A DNA stretch of 64,000 nt from a virus, in the IMG/VR virus record IMGVR_UViG_3300048516_000001, positions 1 to 64,000 of that record; one strand, written 5' to 3'. Below the pieces are notes generated by a model. The model saw only the letters and a program-made list of their open reading frames with translations, ran no database searches and had not been told where the DNA came from. Positions 9,185 to 18,156 of the stretch are shown here, piece by piece (the stretch's first letter is position 1; every line of letters begins with the position of its first letter). The translations under genes and the position numbers were made by a program.

Positions 9185-9531
9185 TTGCCAAAAAATCAAT
9201 TTCTATTAATACAGTTTTATTGACATTGCTGGCTTTATCGCTGGTCGGCTGTGGCGACGAGAAAGGTAAAGCGATTCGGCAGAACGAATATGGAGTAGAT
9301 TGGCCGTTTACAGTGGAGGAAGGGAGGCTGTCTTGTGTCTGGTTTTCCGAACGTCGGCAAGTTGTGACGTTCATCGCACCAAACGGAACTGAATATGCGC
9401 TGAATGGTATTGCCCGTAGCTCAGGCTTTTTCCGACCTGTCGAACCAATCCACAAACCTGATCCAAGTAGCTCGCGATTGTACAAAAACTTAAACCCGGT
9501 GATTGCGAACGGGTTGAAGCTTTGTCCTTAA
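9181..9531 (+). CDS. Lipoprotein
   Basis: Signal peptide with lipobox LSLVGC. 4-nt overlap with the RHH gene. Confidence 0.65.
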   Translation: MIAKKSISINTVLLTLLALSLVGCGDEKGKAIRQNEYGVDWPFTVEEGRLSCVWFSERRQVVTFIAPNGTEYALNGIARSSGFFRPVEPIHKPDPSSSRLYKNLNPVIANGLKLCP

Positions 9532-9541
9532 GGGTGCAAAA

Positions 9542-9793
9542 ATGGAAGAAATAAAGACAGACCTAAAAAAGCTGATTCTATCCCATCAAAGCCTCAGCCA
9601 ACTCCGAAAACCGCGACAACAGTACATTGCCAATCAATTAGTTACCGTATTCTGTAAAGGTAAAAACCTAAAAACTGCACTTAGAGAAATTCATCAAAGT
9701 TGCGGAGAACGAACTAGGATTATTGCAAGTAAGGTGACGGAAGACTTGGCATTGCATCTCGCCAGGGTTGCGGCAATTCCTGACGAACCCTAG
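9542..9793 (+). CDS. Hypothetical protein
   Basis: 83-aa ORF followed by a strong terminator. Confidence 0.5.
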   Translation: MEEIKTDLKKLILSHQSLSQLRKPRQQYIANQLVTVFCKGKNLKTALREIHQSCGERTRIIASKVTEDLALHLARVAAIPDEP

Positions 9794-9820
9794 CTGAACA
9801 AACAGGAAAATCAACAAAAG

Positions 9821-9856
9821 CCACCCACAGTCCGAACCGCTGTGGGTGGTTTTTGT
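9821..9856 (+). terminator. Rho-independent terminator
   Basis: CCACCCACAG (9821-9830), 9-nt loop, CTGTGGGTGG (9840-9849), then TTTTTGTTTTG. Confidence 0.75.
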
Positions 9857-10010
9857 TTTGCCAGCCTTGTTATAACAGAACCGAGCGCACCCGCTCGCGC
9901 GTGTATTAAATGCAGCCTGTGCAAGCGTCAGCTACATTGTTACTACAACAGCCAAAACGCGTATGTCGCATATGCTTGAGTCATACCAAAAAAATACTTT
10001 CCCAAAACAC

Positions 10011-10040
10011 TTGACAAAACCTTTGCGGGTAGCCTATAGT
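10011..10040 (+). promoter_or_regulatory. Family-A promoter, copy 1
   Basis: TTGACA 10011-16, 18 nt, TATAGT 10035-40, preceded by AAAATACTTTCCCAAAACAC. Confidence 0.6.
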
Positions 10041-10078
10041 AGTTTACATACTGTCTGCACATCCCTTACTAGAAAGTT

Positions 10079-10309
10079 ATGCACCACATCAAAAACGTCA
10101 AACCATTTAGCAACGAACAGCACCCAACCGAAGGTGAACACAAGAAGTTGTTGCGAGAACGGCAACGACAAGAGAAACATTCTGGATTTCAACAATTGAC
10201 TGAACTCTGTGGCTGGGAGGAGTTTGACATGGCAAAGCGACTAGCTGAAAAGTATCCCATGTGGGGCTATCAAATTGTTGACGGAACCGTTGCGGATAAA
10301 GTCAACTAG
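10079..10309 (+). CDS. Hypothetical protein
   Basis: First ORF downstream of the family-A promoter. Confidence 0.45.
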   Translation: MHHIKNVKPFSNEQHPTEGEHKKLLRERQRQEKHSGFQQLTELCGWEEFDMAKRLAEKYPMWGYQIVDGTVADKVN

Positions 10310-10377
10310 CACACAACCGGGTCGCGCATGGTACACGCGAAACAGCAAACCACTCATTAAGCCAAAAGGTAAATTCA

Positions 10378-10878
10378 GTGAATCAATTCCAACTTTTACA
10401 ATTCTTTGAAGAAATCGAGCAATATCCCAAGCATCACAATATCTCCGTTATGGAGCGGTGGAAGGATGTGATGGACTTTTTTTACGATTTCTTTGATGGG
10501 TTTTACAAGAGAGATACAGAAGCCTGCACGCGAAGCAGCAACTTAGTCACTCAGTTTAAACCAATGAAAACAATCGAATACATTCAGGTAAATTCAAGAC
10601 CAATGATAGATTTTTACGAAAGAGAACAAAAGCCACAAGAGCGGACTTTAAACACTCAGACAGAGCCATTGGTAAAATGCTGTGACTGTAAATATTGGAG
10701 CGGTCTAATAGGGTCACCCAGTGAATACAAAAGAGAGTACAGACAGCCTATAGAGGCTAAGGTTCTTATCTGTGCAGTCAAAATTTGTCCACAACCTGAC
10801 GGTAGCGAACTAGAGCTGGCTGATGGTAGACTGGCTCACGCGAGTCATGATTGCAACGATTTCGAGCAAATTCAATAG
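10378..10878 (+). CDS. Hypothetical Cys-containing protein
   Basis: 166-aa ORF with a GTG start in the track. Confidence 0.5.
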   Translation: MNQFQLLQFFEEIEQYPKHHNISVMERWKDVMDFFYDFFDGFYKRDTEACTRSSNLVTQFKPMKTIEYIQVNSRPMIDFYEREQKPQERTLNTQTEPLVKCCDCKYWSGLIGSPSEYKREYRQPIEAKVLICAVKICPQPDGSELELADGRLAHASHDCNDFEQIQ

Positions 10879-10888
10879 TAAAGAAACC

Positions 10889-11083
10889 ATGAAGTCAGTC
10901 GAACAACTCAGACTCGAGTCTGCAAAAGCAGGTATATACGCAATTGAAGAAAGCCAAGGTAAATGGCTCTGCGTCCAAAAGTCTAGCGCTGGATTCTTGG
11001 CAAGAAATGAACGCAGCGAAGCTATGGCACTCAGGGCTGGACTAGACAGAGTGAAGTTAATGCAGCCACAAATCGATATGTAG
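10889..11083 (+). CDS. Hypothetical protein
   Basis: Internal ATG (MKSVEQL) chosen because the longer ORF overlaps the previous gene. Confidence 0.4.
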   Translation: MKSVEQLRLESAKAGIYAIEESQGKWLCVQKSSAGFLARNERSEAMALRAGLDRVKLMQPQIDM

Positions 11084-11187
11084 TAATCAGCGCCAATCTG
11101 CGGTACGGCTGAATAGAACCGCAATAACAATTTAAAACAAGCGTAAATAGTGCGACATCTACGCAATTCACTTTACCAATTAGTAAC

Positions 11188-11475
11188 ATGGCACTTCTCG
11201 ATATTTCTGGAAAGAAAAAAGCTGAAATCTTAGCAGCTCTCTACAACAGTTCAAGACCACTGGGTATGGGCATCCTTCATTATAAATCTGAGACAATGAC
11301 CGTTCAGGAAGCGTCTGCAATACTACAGAAAGATACCTGCTTTGATTATTTAATGGGTCGCGTGATGAAAGTTAATCTGAGTTCCGACACCCTCGACACA
11401 TGGGGGTACGACCGTGACAATGGCGACGGCGCAGCGATGAAAGCTATCGCACACATTAGCGATGAGTCAGTCTAA
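11188..11475 (+). CDS. Hypothetical protein
   Basis: 95-aa ORF flanked by the repeated hairpin element CGCCAATCTGCGGTACGG..GAATAGAACCGC (11091-11122 and 11503-11534). Confidence 0.5.
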   Translation: MALLDISGKKKAEILAALYNSSRPLGMGILHYKSETMTVQEASAILQKDTCFDYLMGRVMKVNLSSDTLDTWGYDRDNGDGAAMKAIAHISDESV

Positions 11476-11645
11476 CTCAAATAGGCAATAGCTGATGTTT
11501 TTCGCCAATCTGCGGTACGGTCGAATAGAACCGCGCGAGAACCATGACAATAAAACCTATGAACAAACCAGTTGTAGTTTATCACCAAGTCAAGCCTGGT
11601 ACTGACTGTCCTGACGGCATCTGTGCTGAGTAAGTGGATACAAGA

Positions 11646-12011
11646 TTAATTGTACTTCAAAAACTCGCCAGATACAGGCAGTAATTCATCAGTCAAAGCA
11701 AAACAACTCAACATCTTTACGTTTGAAATACCCTTTTTATCGGTTCTAACGTCGTAAATAAACCCATTCACTGCTTCAGTAAATGCGCTTCTAATGTCAA
11801 TCGTTCCCTTTTTCAGCCACTTCAATTTGGTCGGTGAAATAGCTGTGTAAAGCCACCTGTTGCCATCGTCTATTTCATCTACCCAAAGTCCAAGATAGTT
11901 TTGTTCGTCCTGATTTCGACAGGAGAAGAAGACGGGCTGATTATCGTATTGATTGAAAATATCTACATACTCAAGTTTGCCAAGTCGAGTATTTTCGGGA
12001 AGGCAACTCAT
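11646..12011 (-). CDS. Hypothetical protein
   Basis: 121-aa ORF ending in LKYN, like the gene upstream of it. Confidence 0.5.
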   Translation of the reverse strand: MSCLPENTRLGKLEYVDIFNQYDNQPVFFSCRNQDEQNYLGLWVDEIDDGNRWLYTAISPTKLKWLKKGTIDIRSAFTEAVNGFIYDVRTDKKGISNVKMLSCFALTDELLPVSGEFLKYN

Positions 12012-12013
12012 AA

Positions 12014-12277
12014 TTAATTGTATTTCAAAATCTCGTCAATAGCCTCTTGTGCCTTAATCACCGCCTCGGATTCAGTAGGATAATCTACAATGGGCAAGTC
12101 TAGCATTCGGCAAAACCCCTGAAAACCCTGTTCAGGATTACAACGACGCCAAACATAGAAATAATGCCCAGTAACTACTGGCTCAGTTAAACCCCTAGCA
12201 ATTCTGTCTCGCGCCTCTTCGTAGGTCTTATTTGTTGTTATCTTGAAGCTTCTGTAATCGCGCCAAGTGTTAGTCAT
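12014..12277 (-). CDS. Hypothetical small protein (paralogue of 12270-12503)
   Basis: 87 aa. Shares the layout basic N-terminus ... ESEA..A.. I.. IL with its neighbour. Confidence 0.5.
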   Translation of the reverse strand: MTNTWRDYRSFKITTNKTYEEARDRIARGLTEPVVTGHYFYVWRRCNPEQGFQGFCRMLDLPIVDYPTESEAVIKAQEAIDEILKYN

Positions 12278-12503
12278 GTCTGTTTATAAATGTAAGGATT
12301 GTATCAATTATCTGCTGAGCTGCTGCTAGAGCTTCGTTCTCCGTCGCCAAGGATTCGGACTTCCTGCTGATGTACTGGTGTCCCTCTGGCATCCAAATGT
12401 GGAAGCGGTAGGCGAGTGTTCGCAATCTTTGTGCCTTGTGTCGTTTCATTGTCTGAATGACAGCAATCCGACAGTTTCCGTAGTCATGGAAGTTTCCGGT
12501 CAT
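12270..12503 (-). CDS. Hypothetical small protein (paralogue of 12014-12277)
   Basis: 77 aa. Overlaps the downstream gene by 8 nt. Confidence 0.5.
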   Translation of the reverse strand: MTGNFHDYGNCRIAVIQTMKRHKAQRLRTLAYRFHIWMPEGHQYISRKSESLATENEALAAAQQIIDTILTFINRHD

Positions 12504-12537
12504 TACACTTTAGCTTTGAGTTGACCATAAATATCGA

Positions 12538-13104
12538 CTACCAAGAAATCACATCGCATTGAGCGGCTTCCGTCAACTCACGCACGATGTCAATAGCGCG
12601 CCTGTAGCCGACACCTTTTTTGATTTTCACTGGCACTTGAACGCCCATCATTTCTGCCTTTTCCCATGCTCTTGACCGCATATAAGCCAATTCCTGCTCT
12701 GTGGGCATGATGACGGGAAGTTCGGCTGAAGTTGAAACGGATTGCGGAACTACTGGATTCTGAGCGGTCGTCATCCACTGCTCAACCCAACTTTCAACTT
12801 GAAACCCAAAATCGTCACTAAGCCACATGGCAAACCTGACCGAAAGTTTTGGATGTAGCCAAGTGCCTCCCCCTAATTCAGGAGAACCTTCAAACACTTG
12901 GTGCAACTCAAATACGGGAATTCCTGTATTTGAGTTGAGATGTTTTAATGTTTCTTGAGTTCGTTTGTTTCGCAGCCAGTCAGCCACATCTTTTCGCTGT
13001 CCGGTAGCCTTTCGATAGGCTGTTGTCATAGCAGTAGCGTTAATGTAGCCATCTACAACTCGCTGAGATACAGGAACGCCAGACACATCACGTGTTATAT
13101 TCAT
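12538..13104 (-). CDS. KilA-N domain protein
   Basis: VVDGYINATAMTTAYRKATGQRKDVADWLRNKRTQETLKHL...GGGTWLHPKLSVRFAMWLSDDFGFQVESWV matches the KilA-N signature. Confidence 0.8.
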   Translation of the reverse strand: MNITRDVSGVPVSQRVVDGYINATAMTTAYRKATGQRKDVADWLRNKRTQETLKHLNSNTGIPVFELHQVFEGSPELGGGTWLHPKLSVRFAMWLSDDFGFQVESWVEQWMTTAQNPVVPQSVSTSAELPVIMPTEQELAYMRSRAWEKAEMMGVQVPVKIKKGVGYRRAIDIVRELTEAAQCDVISW

Positions 13105-13201
13105 TTAGTTGACCTTTACTAGAGGTTAAAGTCTCTGGAGTTTCGGTGCTTTCAACACCAACTCGCGAGAGGCATTTTAATTATACCACGGTAGTCAGCA
13201 C

Positions 13202-16200
13202 TCAAACTTCAAGGGGCACCTCCCATCGAATCTTGTCGGGCCAGGCCAGAACCTCGCCTACTTGCTCTATCAGCATCCGGTACTGCGCGTCGTCCGTGGC
13301 TGCCACAAAGCCTGCTCTCACCCATTTCCCCCATCGACTCACCCAGCCCATCCTGCCGATAGATTCGGAGGATTTGGGGTTTTGGGGGTTAGTCGATGGC
13401 TCTGTTTGGGTAGCTGATGCTGTCCTAGATACTCCTATTTGATTATTAATAAAAATAGGAGTATCTAGGCCAGCCCCAACACTAGACGGACTAGCGGTTT
13501 CAGCCGATTTTACAGATGCTCTTTTTGCTTCAGTTTTTTGACTCATCCTGGCTGCTGTCAAGTCAAAAAGTTCGTGCCAATTTTCAGCCAAGGAGCATAT
13601 ACGGGTCAGACCGGTTTTGCTTTCCTTCCACGTTACCTCCGGCTGGTAGAAATACTCATATCCCCGTTTCCCGTCTCCTCCCCGCGTCCGTCTGGACATC
13701 AACTTTATTCCTATCAGCCCCAACAATTTATTAAGGTACTTGATGCCGTCCTTGCCCGGCTCCCCCAGTATTTTCCGAATGCCTTTGCGCTCTCCACCTT
13801 TCAAGAGCTTTTTAATTTCTATTGATTCATTAGTCCAAGAAGCGTCAGCAGGATTTAGGAATTGTATTATGTTGAGTTCGCGAAGTGCTTGGAGTTTCAG
13901 CCAGCGGGTGCTGTGGTCAGGTAGGAAGGATTCAAGCCCGCCCGATTCCCATTTAGATTTCTGCAAGTATTCAGCATCCTCTGGATTGTGGAATAGCCAA
14001 GAATTCTCTAAATGAGATAATAGGGAACTATCCTTACCTCGAATTCTGTGTACAAATTCCCATTTCCACAGTTCTGTATTTTCAATTGCTGGCAATCTTG
14101 CTTTGAGAAACGCTTTTTCAGCTTGGCATCTTTCGGGCCACCTTGCTTTGTTTCTGCGAGATATTTCTTGAGCTTCCTCTAGTGCGATATCAGGAGAGTC
14201 GAATATTTCCTGTGATTCTTGCTCCTTGCAGGCAGTTTTTTTGTTAGCATGGTCGCCTGATTCATCTTCATTCAATATCGGCTCATTAACCTCGTATCCG
14301 CCGTCTATCAAGGCTTCTATCAAGAATTCTCTTAGATTGGATTTCTCTAAATTCTCCTGAGCTTTGTAGTGACAATAGGCGTAAAATAGCGGGTCGTCCA
14401 ATTGCCGGAGAATGTCAGCCCTGACAGCTTCTTCATACTCTGATGGGCATAGCAACGTGCTTTCAATAGAAATAGTAGCTTCTATTTGATGCCTGATTTG
14501 ATTATCGTAATACGACTTTTTATCGTCACTGCTGCTAAGCCCAATTTGAGGGCAAAGAACCGAGATTTGATTGATAGGATGCCTTACACGCCGTAACATC
14601 TGGATTAGTGAATTAATCCCCAGATTCCCGCAGAACAATCCGAATACATCCGAAAACTTTCCAGACGTGCTAATATCAAGCCCGTTCTCAAGTGTAGGCG
14701 TGTAAGCAAACCAGTTCAGGATTTCTTTTTCAAGATGGGCGTCGGGGTTGGTTTGTAAGGCAGTTTCTTCAGGGTCATTTGAGTTTTTTGAGCATACTAA
14801 AAGGCCTTTACCTTTTACCTCGGTTAGGCTCAAGGCAATGGCTTCTGATTCGGCTACAGAGCAATCTGTGGCAATTACTGGGCAATCCGAGGCTAGGATT
14901 CTATTAATAAAGTCCTGTTTTTCGGCTGCTGTCGCAGTTGCCTTTTCAGTTTGGTAAACGCTAACTTTCGGGCAATTGCCTTTATATTCGTTCAGGTATT
15001 TTGTGATTGGCTTGTTGCCCGCGAGCTTTGCAATCACACCAACTGTGTAATCTGTTAGATGCCCATCCAGCAAAATTATTCGGCTAGCATCTTGACAAGC
15101 TTGAGCGAATAGTTGTTTAATCGCTTCCCTATTATGCTTCAGAGTCGGGGACATTAGTAAGTGCCTGATAACGCTTTCGGTTTCATCCAGAATGATTGTC
15201 GCGCCTTCAAAAATATCAGGAGGAAGTTTGAGCAGCGAATCAAAGCACAGGCATAGGCGGGCGTTAGGGTCACGAAACATCAAATACCCATTGTGAGCAT
15301 CAAGGTGGTAAAACTCGCATTTTTCGGCTGTCTGGAGCAACAGCCCATTCCGACTCCCCAAAACAATGATTCTGCCTTCTGGATTGCTGGCAATGATATC
15401 TTTGAGCCATTGAGTCTTCCCCGTTGCTAGACCGCTTTTAATGGCTGTAATTGTGCCGGAGGCTGGTGCGGGTGCATGAAAGAATCGGGAGTTGATTATG
15501 TAATCGGGAATGTAATTCCTGTAACGCCGCCACTGTGCTTTTATTTCCAGTTTTCGGCAATCTTGAGCATCAGTAATTACCTTGGCAAGATTACCGCCCC
15601 CAACTACAAAATCATCAGCACCTTTGTCCGGGCCTGGCAAAAGTGCAACTTTAACAATTGCACTTTTGAATAATTTGCTTAAAGTGCTGGTCGCTTTGAA
15701 TTCTGAACTTTGTGAATAATCCCCAGTTCGGTAGTCGAAGAGAATTGTTATTGCACGACCTTCTGTGTCAAACGGTTTGAGTGATTCGTGGAGTTCTCGT
15801 GCAGTTGCTCTTTGATATTGTGTTCCATCAGCTTTTGTGACGCTCTCGCCGCGTTCGGTAACTTTGTACCCGGTGTTTATTCCTGGTAATCCGATTGCTG
15901 CATACCCGCGACTGATTACCGCTGCTGCTTTCTTTTCACCTTCAGTAATTACAATTGGGCAATGATTATTAAGTATCAAATCCCAAAAATCAATCCATTC
16001 TCCCCGTAACCCAATTACAGGAAATTCTGGTACAGGCAAATTAGCCTTGGCTAGTATCAGTTTCCCAATACTTTCATTTACTAAAGGAAAGAAGATTTCT
16101 AATGGCTCCCCTTTAGGCTGGAAGTATGTTCGGGGCTCCAAGCCAAATCCTTTGCGTTCTTTTTTTTGCTTGTAGCCAAGCGGTATCCCATCAAGTTGTT

Positions 16201-16564
16201 TAAATCGGCCATTGCAAGTCCATCCCCTCGCAGGTTGACCCGCAGACCAGTAAATACCTTTTTCTTTGATAATCCCAAATCTGGCCGCTTTGGTATCTCC
16301 GGCTAAATCTGCGGGTAGATAAAATTTGTTGCCTAGCGTATACCCAGCACTCCCAGTACAACGAGCAAGATTGCGGGCCGCCTCTACACTGCTGCCACCG
16401 CTGCTATCGCTATTAGTCGTTTTATCTGTTTCGCCGTAGAGGAGTCCGTAGGTCGCAAGGCCTTGTGAGGCAAGGAAATTCAAACGGGCAATATCCTCAT
16501 CAATGCCTGATTTCACTATCAGGTCATTATACAAAAGATAATCGAGTGATACTTTGTTACTCAC
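13202..16564 (-). CDS. Replication protein: TOPRIM/DUF3854-like primase domain plus P-loop helicase (CyRepA-like)
   Basis: TOPRIM-like VITEGEKKAAAVISRGYAAIGLPGINTG ... ILFDYRTGD. Walker A KSGLATGKTQ and Walker B IILDETES. 1120 aa. Confidence 0.75.
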   Translation of the reverse strand: MSNKVSLDYLLYNDLIVKSGIDEDIARLNFLASQGLATYGLLYGETDKTTNSDSSGGSSVEAARNLARCTGSAGYTLGNKFYLPADLAGDTKAARFGIIKEKGIYWSAGQPARGWTCNGRFKQLDGIPLGYKQKKERKGFGLEPRTYFQPKGEPLEIFFPLVNESIGKLILAKANLPVPEFPVIGLRGEWIDFWDLILNNHCPIVITEGEKKAAAVISRGYAAIGLPGINTGYKVTERGESVTKADGTQYQRATARELHESLKPFDTEGRAITILFDYRTGDYSQSSEFKATSTLSKLFKSAIVKVALLPGPDKGADDFVVGGGNLAKVITDAQDCRKLEIKAQWRRYRNYIPDYIINSRFFHAPAPASGTITAIKSGLATGKTQWLKDIIASNPEGRIIVLGSRNGLLLQTAEKCEFYHLDAHNGYLMFRDPNARLCLCFDSLLKLPPDIFEGATIILDETESVIRHLLMSPTLKHNREAIKQLFAQACQDASRIILLDGHLTDYTVGVIAKLAGNKPITKYLNEYKGNCPKVSVYQTEKATATAAEKQDFINRILASDCPVIATDCSVAESEAIALSLTEVKGKGLLVCSKNSNDPEETALQTNPDAHLEKEILNWFAYTPTLENGLDISTSGKFSDVFGLFCGNLGINSLIQMLRRVRHPINQISVLCPQIGLSSSDDKKSYYDNQIRHQIEATISIESTLLCPSEYEEAVRADILRQLDDPLFYAYCHYKAQENLEKSNLREFLIEALIDGGYEVNEPILNEDESGDHANKKTACKEQESQEIFDSPDIALEEAQEISRRNKARWPERCQAEKAFLKARLPAIENTELWKWEFVHRIRGKDSSLLSHLENSWLFHNPEDAEYLQKSKWESGGLESFLPDHSTRWLKLQALRELNIIQFLNPADASWTNESIEIKKLLKGGERKGIRKILGEPGKDGIKYLNKLLGLIGIKLMSRRTRGGDGKRGYEYFYQPEVTWKESKTGLTRICSLAENWHELFDLTAARMSQKTEAKRASVKSAETASPSSVGAGLDTPIFINNQIGVSRTASATQTEPSTNPQNPKSSESIGRMGWVSRWGKWVRAGFVAATDDAQYRMLIEQVGEVLAWPDKIRWEVPLEV

Positions 16565-17058
16565 AATATACCCCCAATTACTTGATTACCTTGAGTATAT
16601 TGTGCTAAGCTAGAGCTACAGAAAAAAGTTTCAAGGTTTTCGAGAAAGATGTTGCCAAGAGGCAAAGTATAAGCTATCATATAAGTTACAGATGCCGATT
16701 TACGGCTAGCCCTAATTTTGTTTGTTTCGCTAAAACTTCAACAAAGTTAGGATGTACGGGAAAAATAAACTCAAAAAGCAATTCGTTTGTCGGCGGGTTG
16801 CTTTTTGATGTGAGAGCAGTCTCAAAGCGCTTGGTTGCGGGCAAAGACACAGTGCAACCGCTCAACACAAGTTAATTTTATCACAGTTAAGTTAGTTTGG
16901 AAATAGTTTACACAAGACTCTTGACTTAGGTTAATCGTATTGCTAACATAATTCAATACCGCCGATGCCCAACAATGTGCCAGTAGCGTTAGATTACTGG
17001 ATAGCACAAAACCGCAGATTCAAAGACATTAACCCCTAGTGAAGGTCAATTTAAATCT

Positions 17059-17403
17059 ATGTTATCTGAAATGTTTCGGTCATTACCAACAGTTATACTT
17101 GCGGCTGTGAATAACGCTGCAATTGAAAACCTCAAGAGAAGAGGTCGCCTGTCTCTTTGTAACGCAACAAACGAAGTTTCTGTGTCTCAATACAAACTGT
17201 GTACTATTAAGGTTAATGCAATGAGAAACGAATACTACACGTGTAGTTACTCAATATATTTCGGTGACATCTTGTTATCTGAGGGTGATTACTGTTTTAA
17301 TACGGAAGAGTCAAGAATCGAGGCGCGGGGATGGATTGACAACCAAGAAGCTTTGGTTGACGGTAAATTGGCGAGGATGAAAAACAAGTTAAATTTAGAG
17401 TAA
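17059..17403 (+). CDS. Hypothetical protein
   Basis: 114-aa ORF, first plus-strand gene after the replicase divergent region. Confidence 0.45.
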   Translation: MLSEMFRSLPTVILAAVNNAAIENLKRRGRLSLCNATNEVSVSQYKLCTIKVNAMRNEYYTCSYSIYFGDILLSEGDYCFNTEESRIEARGWIDNQEALVDGKLARMKNKLNLE

Positions 17404-17449
17404 ATTGTAGAACTCTATTTTTACTTTTAATAAAAGAAGTACAACATCT

Positions 17450-17788
17450 ATGACTAATCTAACAGAGTTTGACTTTAATACTCAACAAGTTCGAGTAGTT
17501 ACTATTGAAGGACTGCCTTGGTTTGTGGCTAATGACGTTTGTGTCATTTTAGGTCTTGAAAATGTTAGTCAAGCATTGAGCCTTTTAGGTGAAGGCAAGA
17601 AAAGTATTGCTTCTGTGGACACCCTTGAAGGCAATCAAGATATGTCGGTAATTTCAGAGTCTGGAATGCTTGTCTTAGTTTCCTCAAATGAAAAACCAGA
17701 GGCTAAAGAGTTCCGCAAGTGGGCGATACTTGTGGTCTTTCCGGTTGTATTCAGAACTAACAGTTATTCCCTTGAGTGGCTTGATTAA
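17450..17788 (+). CDS. Bro-N domain protein (short, antirepressor-like)
   Basis: FDFNTQQVRVVTIEGLPWFVANDVCVILGLENVSQAL...SVISESGMLVLVSSNEKPEAKEFRKW is the Bro-N signature. The usual C-terminal domain is absent. Confidence 0.8.
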   Translation: MTNLTEFDFNTQQVRVVTIEGLPWFVANDVCVILGLENVSQALSLLGEGKKSIASVDTLEGNQDMSVISESGMLVLVSSNEKPEAKEFRKWAILVVFPVVFRTNSYSLEWLD

Positions 17789-17820
17789 ATGCAATTAATA
17801 CGCTCAAATCTTACCCACCA

Positions 17821-17847
17821 ACCCGGCAGTCACACCGGGTTTTTTTA
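17821..17847 (+). terminator. Rho-independent terminator
   Basis: ACCCGG, 8-nt loop, CCGGGT, then T7. Confidence 0.7.
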
Positions 17848-17851
17848 ATAC

Positions 17852-17978
17852 TTGACGTATTCTAATCAACCTGCTATTATTAAATCAATCGATACGTTTA
17901 CGGCAATTGCGTGCAGTGAGTAGCGGTTTTAGTGTGTTTTCATTTGAAGTGGTTTTCATCCCAAGCCTGCGAAAGCGG
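17852..17978 (+). ncRNA. Candidate small RNA unit (promoter plus about 90 nt plus terminator), function unknown
   Basis: TTGACG 17852-57, 17 nt, TATTAT 17875-80. Hairpin CCTGC-GAAA-GCGGG (17956-17969) followed by T7. No ORF lies in between. Confidence 0.3.
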
Positions 17979-18000
17979 GTTTTTTTATTAGAAAATTGAG

Positions 18001-18029
18001 TTGACAGGATTCGCATCTTCGATTACAAT
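18001..18029 (+). promoter_or_regulatory. CRISPR leader promoter
   Basis: TTGACA 18001-06, 17 nt, TACAAT 18024-29. Lies about 130 nt upstream of repeat 1. Confidence 0.6.
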
Positions 18030-18156
18030 AGACTTAACCGAACCACGAAAACTAAATAATATTCAATCTTTCCATAACACTTTTGCAATTGCGGGAGTCG
18101 GCTTGACGCAACTCAATCTTGACAACTAGATACACCAACGATTTCACACGTCTGCG

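Noticed and set aside
9963-10199. 78-aa ORF spanning the family-A promoter
   Set aside because: It begins upstream of the -35 box, so it would not be on the transcript. ORF 10079-10309 downstream of the promoter is preferred.
13516-14015. Plus-strand ORFs (13516-13734, 13538-13825, 13740-14015, 14748-14957, 15476-15673) inside the replicase gene
   Set aside because: They lie antisense within a 1120-aa gene with clear motifs, are short and have odd composition. The same reasoning applies to 1566-2385, 5752-6401, 34449-34822, 35284-35784, 40298-40630 and 62554-63384.
13202-16564. 1120-aa helicase-containing protein as a Cas3-like effector for the array
   Set aside because: The N-terminal domain is TOPRIM/primase-like rather than an HD nuclease. 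The layout matches replication primase-helicases, and it is 1.6 kb away on the opposite strand.
16565-17058. tRNA or other structured RNA genes in ORF-free regions (also 330-720, 43700-44258 and 52300-52720)
   Set aside because: I saw no cloverleaf-compatible sequence and no GTTCGAATC-type T-arm by eye. Region 330-720 is explained by the group II intron. A tRNAscan run would be needed to be certain.
17887-17978. Candidate sRNA acting as a tracrRNA-like anti-repeat for the adjacent array
   Set aside because: I could find only about 6-nt matches (ATTGCG, TCAATC) to the reverse complement of the repeat. That is far below a tracrRNA:repeat duplex. The repeat type also points to Cas6 processing, which needs no tracrRNA.
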